Shown here: piece by piece, positions 35,480 to 47,834 of the stretch
Layout of the letters: every line of letters begins with the position of its first letter
How positions within the stretch are numbered: position 1 is the stretch's first letter
Source: Paraspadella gotoi
Lineage: Eukaryota; Animalia; Chaetognatha
Assembly: GCA_051294375.1 (NCBI GenBank)
Contig: CM119264.1
Coordinates: forward strand, 28,304,188 to 28,354,912
Length of the DNA stretch: 50,725 nt
Reading direction: 5' to 3'
Program-made: the position numbers and the translations under genes
The notes under the pieces: model-generated
Told to the model about the DNA's origin: nothing
Database searches by the model: none
The model's input: only the letters and a program-made list of their open reading frames with translations

Positions 35480-37752
35480 TCCCAACTCATCCAATTTCCC
35501 GCTTCGAGGTCGCGTCCTTTAGTGACCCATTCCCAGTCCATTCTCTTTCTGTCTCCTTTTCATTCGAAAATGAGTCGCCCTCATGATTCTCGAGCCAAAT
35601 GTCTAGAAAATTATACTACCCCTCTTGAAAAAAAAAAGAAAATAAAATCTTTTGCGATGACGAGTCGATGGTATAGAAATCGCCCATCTGTGGGGAAAAG
35701 ACAAGGAAAAGACAAGGAAAAGACGAGGAAAAGACAAGGAAAAGACAAGGAAAAGACACGGAAAAAACAAGGAAAAGACAAGGAAAAGANNNNNNNNNNN
35801 NNNNNNNNNNNNNNNNNNNNNNNNNNNNNNNNNNNNNNNNNNNNNNNNNNNNNNNNNNNNNNNNNNNNNNNNNNNNNNNNNNNNNNNNNNNNNNNNNNNN
35901 NNNNNNNNNNNNNNNNNNNNNNNNNNNNNNNNNNNNNNNNNNNNNNNNNNNNNNNNNNNNNNNNNNNNNNNNNNNNNNNNNNNGAAAAGACAAGGAAAAG
36001 ACAAGGAAAAGACAAGGAAAAGATGAGAAAGAGTCTTTTCTTAGAAATCCAAGTCTATCACAAGATAAAAAGAAAAGACAGAAGAAAAAAAATAACTATG
36101 AACTACGTGAATAGAAAAAAATATTTTTCGCCTTTTATCCTCGAGAAGAAATTATTCGGATGTGAGAATCTCGACATTTATGATAAACGCGCATCGAGAA
36201 ACTTTTGCATATGTATAATTGTGTCGTCATGACAACCAGTTTCGTCATATGTCAAGTTAGGCGAGAATTAGATCGGATATAATTTATGTAATTTATCTGT
36301 GGAGGATTACCCATGCTGCTCTTGTTTCGAACCTTTAAAAAAATTACGAAGTATATTCTTAAAATATTTGAGCAATTTTTATTCGGCTCACGACAAGTTA
36401 CTCTTAGGTGTTTTTTCTTCCCCCCCCCCCAATGTTTCTTCGTTTTCTTTTCTGTATTGTTTTCTCTTGTTTTCTTGATTTCATGCGGTTTTGTTTTTCA
36501 CTTGGTCATGTGTGCGAGANNNNNNNNNNGAGAGAGATTCCTTATTTTTAGATTCTCATTCCATTTCATTTTATTCATTTTAGTCTCCCGCGAGATTCGA
36601 AGAAATGGCAGAGAGCCTTTTGAATCGAATCAAATCTGACTTCGAAACGCTCAACCTTTTGGAAGACGTGATTTTGAAGGTGAATGACTAGTAAACGATG
36701 AGTGAATGATGAGTGAATGACGAGTGAACGATGAGTGAATGACGAGTGAACGATGAGTGAATGACGAGCGAATGACGAGTGAACGATGAAGGAACGATGA
36801 GTGAATGACGAGTGAACGATGAATGAATGACGAGTGAACGATGAGTGAATGACGAGTGAACGATGAGTGAAAGACGAGTGAACGATGAGTGAACGATGAG
36901 GGAACGAGCGAATGACGAATGAAAGACGCATGAACGTCGATTGAAAGGCTGAGGAAGGAGAATGAACTACAGTTTACATGTAATGAATGAATGAATGTAA
37001 TGAATGAACGACAGTTTACTTGTAATGAATGAATGAATGAATGTAATGAATGAACGACTGTTTACTTGTAAACACGAAACCTTTGGCTATACATTTTCTT
37101 TCGACTACAGTCAGTAATTTTAATTAGATTCAAACCAAATTGTTTTGATATATAAATATAAAATTAACATTTTGTGGCATTATACCAGTTATATTTAACG
37201 CNNNNNNNNNNNNNNNNNNNNNNNNNNNNNNNNNNNNNNNNNNNNNNNNNNNNNNNNNNNNNNNNNNNNNNNNNNNNNNNNNNNNNNNNNNNNNNNNNNN
37301 NNNNNNNNNNNNNNNNNNNNNNNNNNNNNNNNNNNNNNNNNNNNNNNNNNNNNNNNNNNNNNNNNNNNNNNNNNNNNNNNNNNNNNNNNNNNNNNNNNNN
37401 NNNNNNNNNNNTGTCCCCGGATGTTGGGGTCATTTCGCCCGCCGGGTCTGCAGGTGCTGCTGGAGCTGCCGCCTCTGCCGTATCAACTTTGTCCTCAAGG
37501 CCCGCCGGGTCATCTGAGGAAAAAGAGGTCGTCGGGTCACAAAAGAAGGAAGAGTTCGCCACTAGGGTGGAAAAGTTGTTTGGGGTCGGCCACGGAAATG
37601 TCATGGGTTCGACGGAGGGAAAAAGGGTCATCGGGTCGTCCGACAAAGCCGTCGGCTCGCCGGCCGACAAAGGGCGGGGATCGAAGCTCGACCAAGTCGT
37701 CGGAGAGAAAAGTAGTTCGGCGGATTTCGACAAAGGCCACACCTTCAAGTAG
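24616..37752 (+). CDS. multi-exon hypothetical low-complexity protein gene (partial model; gaps may hide exons; may start at 14057)
   Basis: Exons 24616-25015 (ends phase 1), 25300-25509 (1-1), gap..25878-26018 (ends 2), 31548-32623 (2-1), 32763-32940 (1-2), gap..37414-37752 (TAG). Canonical cag acceptors and gtgagt/gtgagg/gtgaaa donors. Linkage of the last exon is inferred. Confidence 0.65.
25300..25509 (+). CDS. exon DPRPSVPPPRDPLRDRKERAKQLVRLLRASLLF...
   Basis: acttcag| acceptor, C|gtgagt donor; phase matches the previous exon. Confidence 0.7.
25878..26018 (+). CDS. partial exon ...KVSKYHWFPLLELIKLIKMYPNMPPIAFH
   Basis: 5' end in gap; strong CAG|gtgagt donor, phase 2. Confidence 0.65.
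26692..26930 (+). mobile_element. TIR element with internal GGTTA(G) repeats (copy 3)
   Basis: Right end aaatggggggcttttggaacagagtgccg resembles 22816-22844; left caggaccttatttc resembles the reverse complement of 20675-20690. Confidence 0.55.
28065..28825. repeat. ~30-bp pyrimidine minisatellite (tttcgtttctcttgtttctttttctttcct)n spanning a gap
   Basis: Direct reading; source of the K/E/R-rich and F/S-rich ORFs. Confidence 0.85.
30520..30930. repeat. ~127-bp direct repeat on both sides of a gap
   Basis: tttaagaa(a/g)accgaattaaaagattaggaaga...catctatgacaa occurs twice. Confidence 0.75.
31548..32623 (+). CDS. large exon: Ser-rich, (AS)n, GKEAGY repeats, xPAKE repeats, poly-K
   Basis: Polypyrimidine tract plus cctacag| acceptor in phase 2, in frame with ORF 31720..32649; G|gtgaaa donor. 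Confidence 0.75.
32650..32740. repeat. (AGAT)n microsatellite, intronic
   Basis: Direct reading. Confidence 0.9.
32763..32940 (+). CDS. exon DRKKQLGIDGVEVSPADFTPRRKPGEGYRPLQNF...
   Basis: cgtcag| acceptor in phase 1, GG|gtgagt donor; ORF 32750..32944. Confidence 0.7.
33655..33830. repeat. 24-bp minisatellite (catcatcatcttcaaccccatctt)n, ~7 copies
   Basis: Direct reading. Confidence 0.85.
34328..34547. repeat. 29-bp minisatellite (gtgcatggtcggctttgacatttcggcca)n, ~7.5 copies
   Basis: Anchor gtcgg(c/t)ttt recurs every 29 nt from 34336 to 34539; no spacers. Confidence 0.9.
34713..34722. promoter_or_regulatory. perfect NRF1-type palindrome GCGCATGCGC
   Basis: Motif match only. Confidence 0.3.
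35695..36022. repeat. 11-bp repeat (ggaaaagacaa)n spanning a gap
   Basis: Direct reading. Confidence 0.85.
36680..37072. repeat. 11-bp repeat (gaYgagtgaaY)n followed by (GAAT)n-containing ~42-46-bp repeats
   Basis: Direct reading. Confidence 0.85.
37414..37752 (+). CDS. probable terminal exon (SPDVGVISPAGSAGAAG...DFDKGHTFK*)
   Basis: GC-rich open frame from the gap to TAG. The inverted noisy copy (47640-47830) supplies a (CT)n tract, an AG acceptor and upstream open frame that favour the plus strand. Confidence 0.55.
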   Translation, partial: SPDVGVISPAGSAGAAGAAASAVSTLSSRPAGSSEEKEVVGSQKKEEFATRVEKLFGVGHGNVMGSTEGKRVIGSSDKAVGSPADKGRGSKLDQVVGEKSSSADFDKGHTFK

Positions 37753-38656
37753 TTCGTCCGTTTGGAATCTGTAAAGTCTCTTGACGTGAAATAGTCTCGG
37801 AGCGCCGTGTGCCCCTTCCCCCCTCCCTTCGACAGCCTCGTCGACGGTCGCACGCGCGAGGTGTTGGAACGCCTCGTGGATTTGGACCTCGATCACACGG
37901 ACGAGAAAGAGGACGAGGAAGTTGAGGGTTTGGAGGCGCTGGACTTTTTGGATCCCGGAGTCTCGACGAAAGAGTNNNNNNNNNNNNNNNNNNNNNNNNN
38001 NNNNNNNNNNNNNNNNNNNNNNNNNNNNNNNNNNNNNNNNNNNNNNNNNNNNNNNNNNNNNNNNNNNNNNNNNNNNNNNNNNNNNNNNNNNNNNNNNNNN
38101 NNNNNNNNNNNNNNNNNNNNNNNNNNNNNNNNNNNNNNNNNNNNNNNNNNNNNNNNNNNNNNNNNNNNNNNNNNNNNNNNNNNNNNNNNNNNNNNNNNNN
38201 NNNNNNNCCTTTCCTCTGTTTCCGGGTTTCATTCTTCTGTGATGATAGAATGAGTGTTTAAATGGTTAAAGTATGAATGTTATTAAGTTATTAAGATGTT
38301 AGCACTAGTACTAAGTCACAAAATGTACCTTAATTTATCTTAAGTAGTCGTTTTGAGCGAAGAAAATTCGTCAATTTCTTTAAAACTTTATATATTCAAA
38401 ACAAAAAAAGATATTTTACTAGGAAGTGTCTCAAATTCTCTGCTTTGAAGTCGCGCGGTAATTTCCAGAAAGAACAGATAACCTCAACGCCTCTGAAACG
38501 TAAATTCCTTTTTTCTTTCTTTATTTCTTTTTTTTTTCTTTTTTATTTTTTTTTTAAACCTGAACGAAAGATTCTCTTTCTATTTCTCTCTTATGTTTAT
38601 TCTTCCTTTTTTTTTCTCTCCTTGGCTGCTCCTGAATAATTTTTTCCTTCCGTCTT

Positions 38657-38691
<35 letters not shown>

Positions 38692-38868
38692 NNNNNNNNN
38701 NNNNNNNNNNNNNNNNNNNNNNNNNNNNNNNNNNNNNNNNNNNNNNNNNNNNNNNNNNNNNNNNNNNNNNNNNNNNNNNNNNNNNNNNNNNNNNNNNNNN
38801 NNNNNNNNNNNNNNNNNNNNNNNNNNNNNNNNNNNNNNNNNNNNNNNNNNNNNNNNNNNNNNNNNNNN

Positions 38869-41800
38869 GAAAAAGGTTATGAGTCAAAATTGAAGTCGAC
38901 AGAGACAGAAAGGGGGGGAGAGATAGAAGATGAGAAGAGAAGAGAGAGAGAGAGAAGAGAGAAGAAAGTGAGAGAGAGAAAACAAAAGTGAGAGGGAGTT
39001 TATTCCCGTCCCAAAAATAATCGCGATTCAACAAGGAGACATTAGTCATTTGAAAAAGAGCAGATAGAGAGAAGAGAGAGGAAGAAACTAGTCAACTAAA
39101 ATGCAATAGAACCCAAGAGAGAGAGATGAGAAGAGAAGAGAAGAGAGAGAGAGAGAAGACAAGTACGAGAAAACAATTTCAGCGCCCCAGAGAGAAAAAA
39201 AAGGAAGAATAAAACATAAGCCGCCAAAATATAAAAAGTGAGACGAAATATCATGCATTTTCTTTTACGCAAAGACGAAAGTATATCATTACTTTTATTA
39301 TGATCATAAAGACTTGAGTCATATTCAGTGCGATTGTAGACTGTTTTTAAATCTTTCAGTTTTGATAACCAATTCCTTTTTAAGCTTTCTTTTATTTCCT
39401 TTTACATTTTTAACGAATCATATTTATGCGTTTAAATTTTTTCGTTTTATTTTCGATATTCTCTCTTTCCTTCTGTAAATATCTTTGTCTCTGTCTCTCT
39501 CTTTCTCTCTTTTTCCTCTTCTGCCAATATCTCCGTCTCTGTCTCTCTCTATTTCTCTTTACCATGTTCCCTTCGATTCCGCCATATTTGTTCACGGTTT
39601 TGATAAATCTCCTTTTTTTCTCCCCGACTTCATTCTTCCGAGTTTTCACTTTGTCACGTTTTCACTCTTTCGCATTTTCAAAACTCACATCGTCTCTCAT
39701 TTTATTCCGATCTCATTTAACAACCTTCACGGTTCATACTCTTCCCACTTTTCACTTTCCCCACATTTCCCCACAACACTCTACTCCCCTCACCACTCCC
39801 CACACACAACTTTAAAAATCCCTCCCACATCATCTGATTCTACGATTTCCATTTTTTTTCTTTTCTTGTCTCTTCTTCCTTCCATCTGAGCCTCAAAAAG
39901 TCTCGACTCAAACCGAACTTCCTTTTCAACATTCTTTCCAGAGAAGTGGAGGGAGGGGAGGGAGCGTCAGGATCGGAACCCCGGACCCGGACCTCGTAGG
40001 AGGTGCCGGTCACCGGACAGATGTCGACGGACAGATGCGGGGTTGTGGGATTGGGTCNNNNNNNNNNNNNNNNNNNNNNNNNAACAAAGTCGTAAGAAGC
40101 TTTTTCTCATCAAAAAATCACTCCCTGCTCTTACTTTCTAATTATTTTCTTCTTTTTTTCTTTCTTTCCCCCCCCTAATTAATTTCTCATCCCAACCTTC
40201 GTCTTCCCTCCCTCCTTTCACTCACTCCCCTCTCACTCGACCTACCCACTACGCCCCCTTCTTAACGCTCACCTCCCACCACGCCTCTGTCCTCTTCTCA
40301 TTGACGCTCTTCCGATTCACGCTTAATGGTTTTTCACACCTTTTTTAAGAACCGCCCCCAATTGCCCCCCTTCTCTTTTTCGCTTTACTCTCTCCCCCCC
40401 CACCCCCCCACACTCAACACACACAAGCACACGAAACCGGTCCGATCGCTTCATGTCCCCGGCGCTTTCCCTTGCGCCCGGGATCCTGATTCTCCCGGGT
40501 CCGGCCTCACGGTCGCGAAGGCCTGCTGCGCCCCCCACCGCTCAACCACTGCACCGACTGTTGCATTAATTAGGGTCGGGGCCCCCTCCACCTCTTCCCC
40601 TCCCCCCAAGAAGAAAAAAGAATATGCCTCTGATCACCGGCATCGATCTCTCATCTTCCCCGATACTCGCCTTAGGGATTGGAATAGGCTACGATCAAAA
40701 TACAAAATTATGTCCTTCATTTTATATAAACAATCTATCTTGCCCAGAAACTTTTGCACAAGCAATTGGTGGGTTAATGCCTTCATCTCCTTTAAAAGAA
40801 ATAGATGTACATAGGCAGTGGCTTCTGCAGAAGCTTCCACGCACAAGCTGAACTGCAAGCTTTAACCGAAAACTCTCGATTCAGTGCGTTGCTTTCTTAC
40901 AAATGAATATGTAATATTTTTTTAACCAAGTAAGTGAACCAGTATGTTTTTTTCCCCCCATAATTTTTTGGCACGTTTCACATTCCTCATTTTATTATAA
41001 TAGTACCATCAAAATGTTTTTTTCAACTTTAAGTGATAGAAAATATTTTAATAATTCATAATTCTTTTTCATTTCATTTTTCAAATTTTAGCTTATAGTA
41101 TTCTTGTTTTATATATACTAGATTCTAATATTCTTATATATTACTTATATATTCTTCATAATCGCAGCTTCATTCGGGACCGAATCCCACAACCCGCCAT
41201 CTGTCCGTCGACATCTGTCCGGTGACCGCACCTCCTACGAGGTCCGGGTCCGGGTTTTCCATCCTGACGCCCCCCCTCCCTCCACTGTCTCTGGAAAGAA
41301 TGTTGAATAAGGAAGTTTCGTTTGATCGAGACTTTTTAGGGCTCAGATGGCAAGGAAGAAGAGACAAGAAAGAAAATAAAATAGGAAATCGTAGAATCAG
41401 AATGATGTGGGAGGGACTTTTTAAAAAAGTTGTGTGTGGGGAGTGTGATGGGGAGTAGGGTAGGTGTTGTGGAAATGTGGGGAAAGTGAAAAGTGGAAGA
41501 GTATGAAACCTGGGTTGGAAGGTTTTAAAGGGTTCGGAATAAAATGAGAGACGGATGTGAGTTTTGAAAATGCGACAGTAGTGAAAACGTGAACAAAGTG
41601 AAATGCGGGAAAATGAAGTCGGGGAGAAAAAGGAGATTTATCAAAAACCGTGAACAAGTATATGCGGAAATCGAAGGACATGGTAAAAGAGATAGAGAGA
41701 GACAGAGACAGAGATATTGGCAGAAAGGAAAAAGAAGAAAGAGAGAGACAAGACCAATAGAAATTATTTTACAAGAAGGATAAGAGAATATCGAAATAAA

Positions 41801-44800
41801 ACAGAAAAATTTAAAACGCAAGTAAATATGGATTCGTTAAAAACTGTAAAACGAAATAAAAGAAAGCTTAAAAGGAATTGGTTATCAAAACTGAAAGATT
41901 TAAAAACAGTCCTAATCAATCTGCAAACTGAATAAGACTCAAGTCTTTATGATAATAATAATAGTAAATGATATACTTTCGTCTTTCGTAAAAGAAAATC
42001 ATAGATATTTGCGTCTCATCTTTTTATATTTGGCGGGAAAAAGGTTATGAGGTCAGAATTGAAGTCGAGCAGAGACAGGAAAGGGGGAGAGATAGAATGA
42101 AAGAGAAGAGAGAGAGAGAGATAGAGAGAACGAAGAGAGAGAGAGAAAACAAAAGTGAGAGGGAGTTTATTCCCGTCCCAAAAATAATCGCGATTCAACA
42201 AGGAGACATTAGTCATTTGAAAAAGAGCAGATAGAGAGAAGAGAGAGGAAGAAACTAGTCAACTAAAATGCAATAGAACCCAAGAGAGAGAGATGAGAAG
42301 AGAAGAGAAGAGAGAGAGAGAGAAGACAAGTACGAGAAAACAATTTCAGCGCCCCAGAGAGAAAAAAAAGGAAGAATAAAACATAAGTCTGGATCGAAGT
42401 TAAAAGAAGAAAAGAAAAAATAATGTGTTTTTAGTTGCTCCGCGAGTACTATTAGTCACTTTTCGGTCGGTCTGTCGGTCGGTCGGTCCGTCGGTCGGTA
42501 TGTCTGTCCGTCGGTCTGTCCCACTTACGTTAAAAATGCATATAATTTCCCTATAGTTGGTTGCTCTTTTGTTGAGACAGGAAAAACCTCAAATCTAAGT
42601 GACTGCAAGCGCCACCTTCAGGAAAACTAACAAGAATAAAAGACGGAATTTTGATGCAGTGCATGTCATAAATACACGGGGTAAGACTAAGAAGGTTATT
42701 GTAGTCATGTAGTCTTGTTAGTCGAATCACACTCTCAAGCAGGGTTTCGCTCTATATGGGAGGAAGGAAAAGGAGNNNNNNNNNNNNNNNNNNNNNNNNN
42801 TCCTACCTCCTAACTCGCCGCTCTCCTCTATTCTTCCTGCTTTCTTCCTCTTCTTCTTCCGCCTCCTCTTTCCTCCTCCTTACACTCCCTCTATCCCTCC
42901 TCTCTCCTCCTTCTCTTCCTCTCCCTAACCTCCCTCTCTTCCTTCTCTTCCTCCTCTCATTCAGGGGAGACTAACTCAATAAGTGGTTAAGAATTTGAAT
43001 TAAGCACCTCCTAACGAAATTTAGAATTTTTAAAACAAATTTGAATAGACAATTTTTTTATATTACTCCATAACTCCAATATAATTTTTTTATATATGTA
43101 TGTATAAATAGAAAGGTAAAAATTTTTTTTGGATTTTTTTATTTTTAAGAATCAGATTCAGGTAGCTTGCCAAAAAGATTGGTCTGCACAAAGTATAATT
43201 TCCTTTTTGTCGCATATTTGATCATAAGTATGTGAAAATATGAAATACTATTTAATAAATCATCATCCAATCATCATTTTTTAGATAATTTTATTACTTT
43301 TTCTTAATTTTTGACCTACAGAAAACATAAATATTTTTGAAAAGTTGGTATTAAATTTTTTATTTACTTTTATGCTCTATCAGAAACCATCAAAAAAAGT
43401 TAAGATTGATTAAATAAAATTTTTATCATTACTATAAGTAATATTGTAATTTTAATAGCACAATAAAAGCATTAAAATCGAACTTTTTTTAATAAAATTC
43501 TTTTTTTTACCTAAAAGTAACTTCAAGACAAAGTCTTTGAAAAACCCCCGCCCGCTATTGAATTTAAATTTCAATATAGTAGGAATTTCTATTCCTCATC
43601 CTCCTTTCCTTCCTCCGCATATAGAGGTAAACCCTGCATGAGAGTGTGATTCGTCTAACATGACTACATGATCTAAATAACCTTCCTAAGTCCGTGTATT
43701 TATGAAATGCACTGCATCAAGAATCGTCTTTTCATTCTTTTTAGTTTAGGATTTCCTGAAGGTGGACGCTTGCAGTCACTTAGATTTGAGGTTTTCCTGT
43801 CTCAAACCAAAGAGCAACTCAACTATAAGGAGAATTATATCATTTTTAACGGTAAAGTGTGCACGATCGACGGACAGACATATACCGGACGATCGACCGA
43901 ACGCGCGACCGACAGACGCGACCGAAAAGTGACTTATAGTATCTTCGCGAGAACTAAAACCAATACATTATTTTTTCTTTTTCTTTCTTTTAGAACTTCG
44001 ATCCAAAAGAAATCGTGAAGAAACTTTTCTCTTCAAAAATCACTTCCCTGCTCTTCTAATTTTTTCTTCTTTTTTTCTTTCTTTCTTTTCTCCCCCTAAA
44101 TTAATTTCTCATCTCCGAACCTTCGTCCTCTCCTCCTCCATCCCCATTCACTCCTCTCTTTTCACTCACTCCCACCTCACGACTTACCACTACGCCCCCT
44201 TCTAACTCACTCCCTACCTCCCAGCCCCACGCCTCCTCGTCCTCCTTCTCACTTCACAGCTCTGTACCGATTCAACGCTTTTAATGGTTTTCACACACAC
44301 CTTTTAACGAACCCGCCCCGCCAATTTTCCCCCCCCTTCTCTTTTTTTCGCTTTCCTCTCTCTCCACCACTCACCCCCCCACTACACACATACAAACCGG
44401 TCCGATCCGCTCAGTTCCCCGGCGCTTTCCTTCCGCCCCGGGATCCTGATTGCCCGGGTCCGCTCTGCCACGGTCCCTGCCCTAGCCCCACCGCTCAACC
44501 ATGACCACTTTGCTTAATTAGGGTCGGGGCCCCTCCACCTCTTCCGCCTCCCCCCAAGAAGAAACAGGAATTCCCTCTGATCACTCTTCGCTCTCAATCT
44601 TCCCGTAACTCGCCTTAGGGATTGGAATAGGTACGACCAAAAATAAAAATTAATTCCTTCAATTTTATAAACAATCTATCTTTGCCTCGACTTTTGACAA
44701 GCATTGGCTGGGTTATGCTTCATTCCTCTTAAAAGAAAAATAATGTACATAGCAGGGCTCTGCAAGCTTTCACCAGGCTGCAAGCTGCAGAGCTTTAACC

Positions 44801-45991
44801 TTCCGAAACTCTCTACATCAGTGCTTGGCTTTCTTATCGCAATAAATGAATCGTAATATTTTTTACCAATATGTGAACAACGTATGTTTTTTTCCCATAT
44901 TTTTGGCACGTTCAACTTTCCCCTCATCTTTATTATAAATAGTACATCAAATGTTTTTTTTTTTAGCTTTAAGTGATAATATTATTTTTTATAATCATAA
45001 TTTTTTTTCATCATTTATGCAAATTTTTAAGCTTCATATATTCTTCTTATATATACGATTCTTATATAGTTCTTATATATTCTTATAGTTTCTCCATAAA
45101 TCAGGCACGCTCATTTTCGACTCCATCCCACAACCCCGCATCTGTCCGTCGACATCTGTCCGGTGCGTGGACCTCCTTCGACGGACCGGGTCCGGGGTTC
45201 GATGCCTGACGCCTCCCCTCCTCCACTTTATGGAAAGAATGCTTGAAAAGGAAGTTGCGATTTGAGTCGAGACTTTTTTGAGGCTCGATGGAAGGAAGTA
45301 GAGACAAGAAAGAAAAAACATGGAAATCGAGAATCAGATGATTGTGGGAGGATTTTTAAAGTTGTGTGTGGGGAGTGGTGATGGGAGTATGAGTGTTCGT
45401 GGGGGAAATTGGGGAAAGTGAAAGTGGGAAGAGTAATGAACTGTGAAAGGTTGTTAAAATGGGATCAGGTAATAAAATGAGAGTTTCTGAAATCGAAGAG
45501 TGAAAAACGTGACAAAGTGAAAACTCGGAAGAATGAAGTCGGGGAGAAAAAAAGGAGATTTATAAACCGTGAACAAATATGGCGGAATCGAAGGGAAATG
45601 GTAAAGCAGAAATAGAGAGAGACAGAGACGGAGACATTGCAGAATGAGGAAAAAAGAGAGAAGAGAGGACAGAGACCAAAGATATTTACCAGAAGGAAAA
45701 GAGAATATCGAAAATAAAACGAAAAATTTACAACGCGATAATATGATTCTTAAAAATGTAACAGGAAATAAAGAAGCTTAAAAAGCGAATTGGTTATCAA
45801 AACTGAAAGATTTAAAAACAGTCTACAATCGCAGCTGAATATGTATCAAAGTCTTTATGATCATAATAAAAGTAATGATATATTTCGTCTTTTGCGGTAA
45901 AAGAAAAATGAATGATATTCGTCTCACTTTTTATAATTTTGGCGGGAAAAGGTTATGAGGTCATTGAAGTCGAGCAAGAGACAGGAAAGGG

Positions 45992-46033
<42 letters not shown>

Positions 46034-46034
46034 G

Positions 46035-46071
<37 letters not shown>

Positions 46072-46271
46072 GAAGAGAGACGAGAGAGAGAGAAGAAAAC
46101 AAACTTCATAATGTGGAGGAGCGCGATTTATTTCCGTCCATAATATATCCGCGATTTCATACAAAGGGGCGAGACTTAGTATATTGAAAGACCAGATAGA
46201 GAGAGAGAGAGAGGAAATGCAGAAGCAGTCAAAAACTAAATCGCGATAGAGACACACACAGAGAGAGAGAG

Positions 46272-46340
<69 letters not shown>

Positions 46341-47741
46341 AGGAAGAGAATCTAGACGGAGGAAAAAATTATTCAGGAGAAGCCAAGGAGAAAAAAAAAA
46401 AGGAAGAATAAACATAAGAGAGAAATAGAAAGAGAAATCTTTCGTTCAGCAGTTTAAAAAAAATGTAAAAAGAAAAAAAAATAGAAATAAAGAAAGAAAA
46501 AAGGAATTTAACGTTTCAAGAGGCGTTTGAGGTTATCTGTTTCTTTCTGGAAATTTAACCGCGCGCGACTTCAAAGCAGAGAATTTGAAACACCTTCCTA
46601 GTAAAATATCTTTTTTTGTTGTTTGAATATATTAGTTTAAGAAATTGACGAATCTTTCTTGCTCAAAAACGGACTACTTAAGATTAAATTAAGGTACATT
46701 TTGATGACGTTAGTACTCGTGCCTAATCTTAATAACTTTAATAACATTAATACTTTAAGCCATTTACACTATCTATCAAATCAACAGAAAGAATGAAACC
46801 GCGGAAACAGAGGAAAGGATTAGGAGAGCGATTCCGCGAAGAGGAAGAGATTCTGGGAACTGATTCGAATGGGATTTTGGAAGCCTCCAGAGGATTGATT
46901 TTCCTCTGTACACACACGTGATCACATCCCCCCAACGACAGTCCTCCCCCTCTCATCCCCCCCCAACCTCTCCGTATCCATCTTTCTTCGCCTTTCTCCT
47001 TCTCCTCCTCACAGTCTTCTTAACTCTTCGTCGAGACTCGCGGAATCCAAAAAGTTCCAGCGCTCCAAATCAACTTCTCGTCCTTTTCCTCGTCCGTGTG
47101 ATCGAGGTCAAATCCACGAGGCGTTCCAGAACCTCTGCGATCGTGCGACGTTCGACGAGGCTGTCGAAGGAGGGGGGAAGGGGCACACGGCGCTCCGAGA
47201 CTATTTCACGTCAAGAGACTTTACAGATTCCAAACGGAACGACTACTTGGGTGTGGCTTGTCGAAATCCGCCGAACTACTTTTCTCTCCCGATCGACTTG
47301 GTCGAGCTTCGATCCCCGCCCTTTGTCCGGCGGCGAGCCCGACGGCTTATGTCGGACGACTCGTATGACCCCCCTTTTTCCCCGAGGTATCGGTCGAAAA
47401 ACCCATGACATTGTTTTTTCCGTGGCCGTGGGGGCCGCCCAACAAACTTTTTCCACCCTAGTGGCCGCGAACTCCTTTCCTTTCTTGTGACCCGACGGGA
47501 CCTTTTTCGCCTTCCTCAGATGCCGCCGGCGGGGCCTTTGAGGACAAAGTTGATACGGCAGAGGCGGCAGTCCAGCAGCATGCAACCCCTGCCAGACCGG
47601 CGGGCGAAAATGTACCCACTACATCTCCGCGCCGGGGACATAAATTGGCCCTCGTTGAACTTTTCGTAATTCTTGGAAGAATACTCTTTTGTTGTCTCTC
47701 TTAACAGCACAGGGGGAGAGCAAGTGGCGTCTGGATCCTTT

Positions 47742-47795
<54 letters not shown>

Positions 47796-47796
47796 C

Positions 47797-47834
<38 letters not shown>

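Noticed and set aside
40440-40560. Second tRNA-like/SINE head (GGTGCAGTGGTTGAGCG on the minus strand)
   Set aside because: No recognisable B-box, and the sequence is too error-rich (disagrees with its copy at 44395-44510).
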